Source: an uncultured Gemmatimonadales bacterium
GTDB taxonomy: Bacteria > Gemmatimonadota > Gemmatimonadetes > Gemmatimonadales > GWC2-71-9
Direction: 5' to 3'
Length of the DNA: 64,000 nucleotides
Assembly: GCA_963821525.1 (NCBI GenBank)
Contig: CAWGED010000019.1
Span: forward strand, 576,001-640,000
This document shows, piece by piece, positions 11,446 to 20,194 of this stretch. The notes below the pieces were generated by a model. The model was not told the origin of the DNA, did not search any database, and was given only the letters and a program-made list of their open reading frames with translations. Numbering within the stretch: the stretch's first letter is position 1; each line of letters starts with the position of its first letter. Both the position numbers and the translations under genes were made by a program.

Positions 11446-13868
11446 TTGACCATCGACCATCGACTATCGACCGCGCTGTCTGACCGCTACCGCATCGAGC
11501 GGGAGCTGGGCCAGGGCGGCATGGCTACGGTGTACCTCGCACAGGACCTCAAGCACGATCGCAAAGTGGCCGTGCAAGCTGCTGCGTCCGAGGAACTCGC
11601 TGCGTCGCTGGGGCAAGGAGCGCTTCCTCCGCGAGATCAAGGTCGCGGCCAATCTGCAGCATCCGCACATCCTGCCGTTGTATGATTCGCGGTGAGGCCG
11701 ACGGGGTCTGCCTGTACTACGTCATGCCGCTATCGTCGAAGGCGCAGTCGCTCCGCGACAAGCCTGCACGAAGGAGAGGCGAGCTGCCGATCGGCGGACG
11801 CGGTGCGCATCCTGCGCGAGGTCGCCGACGCGCTGACCGTAAGCCCACGGTCACGGCGTGGTTCACCGCGACATCAAGCCGGAAAACGTGATGCTGCGCG
11901 GCCGGCACGCCGTGGTGATGGACTTCGGCGTGGCTAAGGCGCTCAGCGCGGCCCGGGCGGCAGTCAGCTCACCACGATCGGCGTCGCCCTCGGGCACGCC
12001 GACCTACATGGCGCCGGAGCAGGCAGTGGCCGATCCCCACGTGGATCATCGACGGAAGGCGCGACCTCTACGCGCTTCGGCGTGGTGGCGTACGAGCTGC
12101 TGGCGGGACAGCCGCCCTTCACCGGGACCACCCAGCAGGAGATCCTGGCGGCGCACGTGACCGCGGACGCGCCGAGCCGGTCGCCAACCACCGGCCGGCC
12201 ATGCCGCCGGCGCTGGCCGCCGCGGTGATGCGGTGCACTGGAGAATCGGCCCGCCGATCGGTGGCAGAGCGCCGAGGAGTTGATCACCCAGCTCGAATCG
12301 GTCTTGACCCGAGCGGCGGGATAACGCCGACGGCAACGTCTGCCGGTCACCGCGGTTCCCGCACCAGGGCTCCCGTCGCACGCTCGCAGCGTTCGCGGTC
12401 GGGGCGATTCTGCTGGTGGCCGGGGTCGAGGCGTGGCGGGTTGACCCACCACGCCGGGGAGAATCGTCCGGTGTTTCCTCCTCCGGGATCGCCAGGCGCG
12501 TCGGCTGTCTTTGCCTTTGCGAGTCGCGGAGCGCGGGACGACCTCGGATGCGTACCTGGGCGACGGCATGGCGACCGACTTGACCAACGACGCTGGCCGG
12601 AATGTGACCGGCCTCCATGCGTATCCGCGCGAACGTTCGCGCCTTCGCCCTGCGGGGCGAAGACCGCCCGCGAAGATGGGGCGGCGCTCACGGCGGACGC
12701 CATGGTGTCGAGGGTACCGTCGGCAAAGTCGAGAACCGGCTGCGGGTGACGGTGTCAGCTGGTGAACGTCGCGGATGAGGCGGTATCTCTGGAGTCAGCG
12801 ACTACGACGTGAGCGCGAAAAGGATCTCTACGCCCTCCAGGATTCGGCCGCGGCCGCGATCGCGATCGGCGCTAGGGGAAGTCGGTCTCGGCCGGCGAGA
12901 CGATCCGGCTCTCGTCGGCGCACCGCACCGCGAACCCGGAGGCCTACGATCTCGTCCTGCGCGGCCAGTTCCTGACGGAGCAGAACACCGAGGCCAGTCT
13001 CCAGCAGGCCATCGCGCTGTTTGAACGAGCCGCCGCTCTCGATTCCACGTACGCCGATCCGTGGAACGGGATCGCTCAGGCCTGGATCTTCCTCGCCGAT
13101 ACCTACCTGGCCCCGCGCGCGGCGGTTCCTCCGATGTCTGCCGCGATCGACAAGGCTCTGGCGCTCGATCCCAGGTCGGCGTGGGCGCACGCACTCAAGG
13201 GAAGCCTGCTCTCCGCGTATCTCCGTGACTACGCGGCCGGGGAACGGGAGTATCTCGCGGCAATCGCCCTGGACAGTACCACGACATTCGGCGGCGACTA
13301 TGGCTGGGTGCTGCATTCGCGCGGCCTGGAACCGATTCGGCATTGGCGGTTTTTCGCCGGGCGCGGCGGCACAATCCGTTTGCCTTCGCCCCGCTGAATG
13401 GAATCGTGGCCGTCATGAGTAATGCGGGGATGCTGGACAGCGCCATCAGTGCTTTGCCGCGCCCTCCAACAGATGGGCCCACACTCATGCGGAGATCAGC
13501 TGCTGATGCAGATGGGCCGGGCACGAGAGGTGGTCGTCGCGTGGAAGGCGAAGCCCTCCACCACACCGGATGAGACGCTGGACCTGGCCGAGGCGTTGGC
13601 GCTGGCCGGCGATCCCGCGGGCGCGCGACGCGAGCTCTCGGCGGCGCTCAGCGCCGCGGGGTCTCGCTATGTCCGCGAGGACAACGTCGCGGCCGTCTAC
13701 CTCGCCCTGAAAGACACCGCCAGGACACTGGAATGGCTCGGACGGGGCCTCGATGCCCAGGCGGCGAACATGGCTACGATCAATCGCAATTGGAGATTCA
13801 AGCCGCTGCATGGCTACCCGCCCTTCGACGCCATCGTGAGAAAGGCGGGGTTGCAGCCGTCGCCATGA
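11446..13868 (+). CDS. K5: Ser/Thr kinase - TolB-N-like - TPR (very heavily frameshifted; possible pseudogene)
   Basis: [15 protein letters not shown]…, [43 protein letters not shown]-terminal [10 protein letters not shown]. Confidence 0.75.
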
Positions 13869-13993
13869 ACCGACTGGCAGGGCGGTGAGGGGAGCAGTCG
13901 ATAGTCGATGGTCGATGGTACCGCACCGTACGGGAACGTAGTGTTTGCGCCGGTGTCCCAGGATTTGACCCCATATCCATGGACCACCGATCA

Positions 13994-14077
13994 TTGACCA
14001 TCGACCATCGACTATCGACCGCGCTGTCTGACCGCTACCGCATCGAGCGGGAGCTGGGCCAGGGCGGCATGGCCACG
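13994..14077 (+). pseudogene. Kinase 5' stub ([28 protein letters not shown]) interrupted by the IS200-like element
   Basis: First 80 bp identical to the K5 start (11446-11525). Kinase similarity ends 3 nt before the element end at 14081. Confidence 0.9.
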
Positions 14078-14523
14078 CTTTCCGCGGCTGAGAGCCGCGG
14101 CTCGGCTGATGTCGCTGAAGCGACGGGCCGGGCGGTCCAACCCGGTATGGCCTCATCGGGATGGTGCGTGTGCTGATGGCGCACATAGGCTGCCGCCACA
14201 CCCCGTTGGCGAGGACTCACACTGATCACGCTGTATCCTTTGGCCCATCGCAGGGCGGGGTCCTGCAGTGGCGCGCCACGATTGATCAGGGTAGCGGTGC
14301 CGCCCTTCATGCGTTGCAGCAGTCGGGGAATGACGGTAGAAGGATGCAGGCGCACCAGCAAATGCAGGTGCGTGGTCACGATACCGAGCTCGAGTACCCG
14401 CGCCCGCTCCTGCCGAGCAATAATGGGGAGATGCTTCCAGAGGTACTCGGCACGGGGCCGATCTATGGTCGGCTGACGATCACGGGTGGTCCAGACGATA
14501 TGGACCAGGAGCTGATGATGCAT
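14035..14523 (-). CDS. tnpA: IS200/IS605-family Y1 HUH transposase (TnpA / RAYT-like), no TnpB
   Basis: N-terminal HIVWTT strand, HUH motif HLH, and W..GY…SVS……YV..Q..HH catalytic Tyr motif. Confidence 0.9.
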   Translation of the reverse strand: MHHQLLVHIVWTTRDRQPTIDRPRAEYLWKHLPIIARQERARVLELGIVTTHLHLLVRLHPSTVIPRLLQRMKGGTATLINRGAPLQDPALRWAKGYSVISVSPRQRGVAAAYVRHQHTHHPDEAIPGWTARPVASATSAEPRLSAAESVAMPPWPSSRSMR

Positions 14524-14619
14524 ACATCAGGATCGACGCATCCCTCGATTGCGGCGGTACCATTCCAACGCACCGCAGGTCGCTTTAGCGACCTCAGCCG
14601 AGCCGTCGCTTCAGCGACG
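14081..14619 (-). mobile_element. IS200-like element: tnpA flanked by two REP-like double hairpins in inverted orientation
   Basis: Left end CCGCGGCTGAGAGCCGCGG-CTCGGCTGAT-GTCGCTGAAGCGAC (14082-14124). Right end GTCGCTTTAGCGAC-CTCAGCCGAGCC-GTCGCTTCAGCGAC (14579-14618). Confidence 0.8.
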
Positions 14620-14647
14620 AGCGCGGGCGGCGATCCTGAGAATCACG

Positions 14648-17350
14648 ATGCTTGACTCGCTCTCCCGCCTTACCGCCGCCCTCGCCGACCGCTACCGCAT
14701 CGAGCGGGAGCTGGGCCAGGGCGGCATGGCCACGGTGTATCTCGCCCAGGACCTGAAGCACGAGCGCAAGGTCGCGGTCAAGGTGCTGCGACCGGAGCTC
14801 GCGGCGGTGATCGGCGCCGAGCGATTTCTGAGCGAGATCAAGACCACGGCGAACCTGCAGCATCCGCACATTCTGCCCCTGTTCGACAGTGGGCGGACGG
14901 GCGGCAACGGGGACGAGCGGGCGGACGACTTCCTGTTCTACGTCATGCCGCTGATCGAGGGCGAGTCGCTCCGCGACCGGTTGAATCGCGAGAAACAGCT
15001 CCCGATTGGGGATGCGCTCCGCATCGCAACCGAAGTCGCGAGTGCGCTGGACTATGCCCACCGCCACAACGTCATCCATCGCGACATCAAGCCCGAGAAC
15101 GTCCTGCTGCACGACGGGCGCGCGCTGGTGGCCGACTTCGGAATTGCACTGGCCGCGAGCAAGGCGGGCGGCAGCCGGATGACGGAGACCGGGATGTCGC
15201 TCGGTACTCCGACCTACATGAGCCCCGAGCAGGCGATGGGAGAACGGGAGATCACCGCCCGCTCCGACGTCTACGCCCTGGGCGCCATGACCTACGAGAT
15301 GCTGCTGGGGGAGCCGCCGTTCACCGGGCCCACGGCGCAATCGATCGTGGCGAAGGTGATGACCGAGAAGCCGGCTTCGCTCATCTCGCGGCGGGATCGG
15401 ATCTCACCGGCCGTCGAGGATGCGGTGCTGACCGCGCTGGAGAAGCTGCCGGCCGACCGGTTCGGGAGTGCAGCGGAGTTTTCGGCGGCGTTGAATGGGG
15501 ATAGCGGCTCGGCGACTCGGCGGCTCGGCGGCTCGGCCCCGCAGCCCGAGGCTCGGCGGGGCGTAGGCCGGCCCGCGCTTTATGCGATGCTGGTCATCAC
15601 CTCGCTGGCCGCGGTCTTCTTCGCCTGGCGCGCCGCGCATCACCCCGCCGGCCCGGTCACCCGACTCACACTCGACCTGCCGGAACTCAGGGTCAATCAC
15701 CTCAGCTACTACGGGAGCGCCCTCGCGGTGGCTCCCGACGGCTCGTCGCTGGTTTACGTCACCGAGAGTCCGGGCACGCCTACCCGGCTCATGGTGCGGG
15801 AACGCGGGAATCTTACGCCGCGGCTGCTCGAAGGGACCGACGGAGCGGATGGGCCGTTCTTTTCGCCCGACGGCCGCTGGGTGGCTTACACCGCCGCCAA
15901 GAAGATCTTCAAGGTGCCGGTCGCAGGGGGGACTCCGGTGCTCGTCGCGGATGCGGCGGCCAATGAGCTGGCCAGCGGAACCTGGCTGGACGACGGCCGG
16001 ATCGTCTTCACCAATCAGTCCTTCGAGATCCTTACCGTGCCGGCGGCCGGGGGGCAGGTTTCCCGGGTCGTACCACCACCCGTCAGCTTCGGCTGGGCCT
16101 TTCCCACCGCGCTGCCGGTCAAGGATGTCATCCTGATCACCGAGTGCAGCAACAACTGCTCGCGGATGAACCTGTTGGCCATGAATCTGAAAACGCTGGC
16201 GCGGGACACCATCCTTCCCAACACCTCACGGGGCTTCTACCTCCCCACCGGTGATCTCCTCGCGGTGCAGCAGGATGGCAACGTGGTGGCGGGACATTTC
16301 GATCTCGGCAAGCTGCGATATACCGATCCACCCGTCGTGGTGCAGAGCGCAGTCCAGCTCGAACTCGGCATCACGCCCGAGCTGGCCGTGGCAAATGACG
16401 GGACGCTCATCTACCTCGCCGCCAATCAGACGGGAACCGATGCGACCATCGCACGGGTGGATCGGACCGGCAAGGCTCGGGTGCTCGATCCCGACTGGAC
16501 GGCGCGGGTCAGCAGCCTGGCCCTCTCGCCCGACGGGCGCCGCGTCGGGATCAGCACCCTCGAGCAGTCCGGCAATGTGCTCTGGATGAAAGAGCTCGAC
16601 GCCGGCCCCCTGACCCAGCTCAGCTTCGACGGCACCATCAACTACCGCCCGTCGTGGCGCCCCGACGGACGCAGCATCAGCTTCACCTCGGACTTCAAGG
16701 GACTGGCCTCGTACCTGTACACGATGCGGGCGGATGGCAGCGACAAGCCGGAGCGAGTCCTGCCCAACGAACCGCTCCAGGTCGATGAAGCGGTCTGGTC
16801 ACGGGATGGCCGCTGGCTGGTGTACCGGACCGGCGTCACCGGAGGCTCGCGCGACATATACGCCCGGCAGCTCTCGGGCGACACCAGCCGGATCACCGTC
16901 GCGGCCGGCGCCGCCGATGAGTACATGGCGGCGCTTTCGCCCGACGGCCGCTGGATCACCTACGTCTCGGTCGAATCAGGCAAGGAGGAGGTCTACGTCC
17001 GGCCTTTTCCCGAGACCAGCAGGGCGCGGTGGCAGGTCTCCGCGGCGGGCGGATCCAATCCCGCCTGGTCGCACTCGGGACGTGAATTGTTCTATGTCGA
17101 CCGGGCCGACAGCCTGATCGCGGTGAGCGTGACCGGTACCACCGACTTCCAGATCGGCCCCAGGCGCGCGCTGTTCAGCACCCGGCCATTCCTGCTGCTG
17201 CCATTTCACCGCACGTACGACGTGTTCCCCGACGATCAATCGTTCCTGCTGCTCAAGCGTCCGTTCACCGCCACCACCGAGGCCAATCGGCTGACGGTCG
17301 TGCTGAACTGGTTCAGTGAGGTGAAGGCGAAGGTGAGACAGGGGAGGTGA
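14648..17350 (+). CDS. K6: Ser/Thr kinase - TM - double beta-propeller (intact)
   Basis: Single ORF with all kinase motifs, TM ALYAMLVITSLAAVFFAW, SPDG repeats and C-terminal VVLNWFSEV. Confidence 0.95.
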   Translation: MLDSLSRLTAALADRYRIERELGQGGMATVYLAQDLKHERKVAVKVLRPELAAVIGAERFLSEIKTTANLQHPHILPLFDSGRTGGNGDERADDFLFYVMPLIEGESLRDRLNREKQLPIGDALRIATEVASALDYAHRHNVIHRDIKPENVLLHDGRALVADFGIALAASKAGGSRMTETGMSLGTPTYMSPEQAMGEREITARSDVYALGAMTYEMLLGEPPFTGPTAQSIVAKVMTEKPASLISRRDRISPAVEDAVLTALEKLPADRFGSAAEFSAALNGDSGSATRRLGGSAPQPEARRGVGRPALYAMLVITSLAAVFFAWRAAHHPAGPVTRLTLDLPELRVNHLSYYGSALAVAPDGSSLVYVTESPGTPTRLMVRERGNLTPRLLEGTDGADGPFFSPDGRWVAYTAAKKIFKVPVAGGTPVLVADAAANELASGTWLDDGRIVFTNQSFEILTVPAAGGQVSRVVPPPVSFGWAFPTALPVKDVILITECSNNCSRMNLLAMNLKTLARDTILPNTSRGFYLPTGDLLAVQQDGNVVAGHFDLGKLRYTDPPVVVQSAVQLELGITPELAVANDGTLIYLAANQTGTDATIARVDRTGKARVLDPDWTARVSSLALSPDGRRVGISTLEQSGNVLWMKELDAGPLTQLSFDGTINYRPSWRPDGRSISFTSDFKGLASYLYTMRADGSDKPERVLPNEPLQVDEAVWSRDGRWLVYRTGVTGGSRDIYARQLSGDTSRITVAAGAADEYMAALSPDGRWITYVSVESGKEEVYVRPFPETSRARWQVSAAGGSNPAWSHSGRELFYVDRADSLIAVSVTGTTDFQIGPRRALFSTRPFLLLPFHRTYDVFPDDQSFLLLKRPFTATTEANRLTVVLNWFSEVKAKVRQGR

Positions 17351-17351
17351 G

Positions 17352-17545
17352 TGGAGACGGAGACGGGAGACGGGAGACGGAGGACGGGGGACGGGAGACG
17401 GGGCGGACGGGCGGACGGAGGGCGGACAGGGCGGACCGACGAACCGACGAACCGACGAACCGACGAACCGACGAACCGACGAACGTTAACGGCTGACGGC
17501 ATCTAACAACCAACGACCATTGACCATCGACCTCGACTCACGACC
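17352..17545. repeat. Composite microsatellite: (GGAGACG)n, (GGGCGGAC)n, (ACCGACGA)6, then GAC-phased heptamers into the K7 start
   Basis: Six perfect ACCGACGA copies at 17435-17482. The other units are read directly from the sequence. Confidence 0.9.
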
Positions 17546-20194
17546 GCTCTCGCCGACCGCTACCGCATCGAGCGGGAGCTGGGCCAGGGCGGCATGGCCA
17601 CGGTGTACCTCGCCGAGGATCTCAAGCACCGGCGCAAGGTGGCGATCAAGGTGCTCCGGCCGGAACTCTCCGCCGTGATCGGAGCGGACCGCTTCGTGCG
17701 CGAGATTCAAACCATCGCGGCACTGCAGCATCCCCACATTCTCGGCCTGATCGACAGCGGCGAAGTGAACGGCACGGCGTACTACGTGATGCCCTTCGTC
17801 GAAGGCGAAAGCCTGCGGGATCGGCTCAACCGGGAGAAGCAACTTCCCATTCTCGATGCGGTGCGTATCGCGACCGAAGTGGCCTCGGCCTTGGACTACG
17901 CCCACCGCCATGGAGTCATCCACCGCGATATCAAGCCCGAGAACATCTTGCTGCACGATGGCCAGGCCCTGGTGGCCGACTTCGGCATTGCCATCGCCGT
18001 CTCCACGGCCGGTGGCAACCGAATGACAGAGACGGGAATGTCGTTGGGGACCCCGCATTACATGTCGCCCGAGCAAGCCATGGGCGAGCGCACCATCACC
18101 GCCCGCTCCGATGTGTACGCCCTGGGCTGCGTGCTCTACGAGATGCTCTCGGGAGACCCGCCGTTCACCGGATCGACCGCTCAGGCCATCGTGGCGCGGG
18201 TGATGACCGAGGCGCCCCGTTCCCTCCTCACCCAACGACGCACGATTCCGCCGCACGTCGAGGCGGCGGTGTTCACCGCGCTCGAGAAATTACCGGCCGA
18301 CCGGTTCGAGGGGGCCAGGGCATTCTCCGAGGCGCTGAGTGATTCCCGCTTCACCGCGACCGGGACAACCTCCAGCGCAGCGGTCGCGAGGGTCAAACCA
18401 AAGCTGGATCGCAGGTGGCTCTACACCGGGCTGGCCCTCGCCATGCTGCTGCTCGTCGTCGCGGCGGCCGGGTGGCTGCGTCCGATGCCGGGCGCCCCGA
18501 CCACGCGTCAGCGTGTGCTGCTCTGGCAGCATCCGGTCGGGCAATTCCTGACGCCGGGCTCGGAGCGAATCATGACCCAGGCCGCCATTGCGCCCGACGC
18601 CTCGAGCATCGTCTTCAGCGACCGGAGCAACGACTCGACCCCGCTCATGCGGAAGCTCCGGGATGAGACCCAGGCGAGACCGATTGCCGGGACGGAGGGA
18701 GGGCTGTCGCCGTTCTTCTCCCCGGACGGCAAGTGGGTCGGCTACATGACCATCGATGGTAGGCTGCGGAAGGTTCCGGTCGAGGGTGGAGGTGCCATCA
18801 CCCTCGCCACCGATGGCGACAACACCTACCCCATCGCCACCTGGCTGGATGACTGGACGATCGTGTATCCGGACGCCTCTCAGCGGCTACGCCGGATACC
18901 TGGGGACGGCGGTCCCAGCCGTCCAGTTCGGAGCGACACTACGCCGGGACGCCAGAACATTGGGACAATCGCGCCACTACCCGGCAGTCACGGGGTGTTG
19001 TACAGCGCCTGTCCCGGGAACTGTGCCATCGAGTCGTCGCTCTACGTGTTCGACTTTGCGGCCGACAGTGGCTGGCTTCTCGTCTCCGGTGCGGCCGGGG
19101 GCTGGTATGCGCCCACGGGTCACCTGCTGTACACCGATCGGGCAGGAGGATTGTTTGCTGTCGGGTTCAATCCCAAGACACTCAAGATTACTTCGGGCGC
19201 CATTCCCATCATAGACGATGTGGCGCCGGACGAATTCACCCTGTCGGCCTCCGGCAGCGCGCTCTACTCGCTCAATGTCGACCGTGGCGGCGGGGCGGAA
19301 CTGGTGCTGGTCTCGCTCGATGGGAAGGCCGAACCACTCGATTCGAGCTGGCGGGCGGACTTCGCGTATCCGGCAATCTCACCCGATGGTAAGGCACTGG
19401 CCGTGAGTGTGCGGGACGGTCCGACCCAACTCTGGATTCGGCGGTCCGACGGAACCCGGCAGAAGCTGACGCAGACCGGCTCGGTGAACTGGCGGCCCTT
19501 CTGGACCCCCGACGGACGATCGGTCGTCTTCCTCTCGGATGTGAGGGGCGGGGGAAGCCAGGACGCCTATGATATCTATCAGATGAGGGTCGACGGGAGC
19601 GGGCCGGCCCAGCTGCTTCTGCATCACAGCTCCGGGCTCTGGGAAGCCGAAGTGTCACGGGATGGGGAATGGCTGGTGTTTCGTTCCGATGAAGCCGGGG
19701 CCGATGCCAACATTCGGGCTCGGCGCCTTCACGGAGACACGGCCCTGGCGCCGGTGGTGGTCGACAAGAACACCAGCACCATGATTTCACTCTCCCCGGA
19801 CGGCCGCTGGCTGGCCTACGGATCCGATGCGACCGGACGGCGGGAGGTCTACGTCACGGCGTTCCCATCGGCGAGCTCGACTCATCTAGTCTCCCGCGGC
19901 GGCGGCATCGAGCCCCGCTGGTCGCACAGTGGCCGGCAACTGTTCTTCAAGAGCGGCAATCAGATGATGGCGGTGGACGTCACCCCCGGGACGACGTTTG
20001 TGGCCGGCACTCCTCGCCCACTCTTCTCCCTATCCGGTTACCGCTCGGCCCGAAATCGGCAGCAGTACGATGTGGCACCCGACGACAAGCACTTCGTGAT
20101 GATCCGGGAAAGGACCACTGACACCCCCACCAATGTGGTGTATGTCGAGAACTGGTTCGAGGAGCTCAAGGCGAGGGTGAAGGCGAAGCATTGA
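17520..20194 (+). CDS. K7: Ser/Thr kinase - TM - double beta-propeller
   Basis: ORF 17594-20194 plus a 5' TTG-ACCATCG start that is 1 nt out of frame. TM WLYTGLALAMLLLVVAAAGWL, C-terminal VENWFEEL. Confidence 0.93.

Noticed and set aside
17352..17482. Possible CRISPR array (also 52123-52197)
   Set aside because: Units are 7-16 nt and contiguous, with no 25-45-nt unique spacers and no cas genes.
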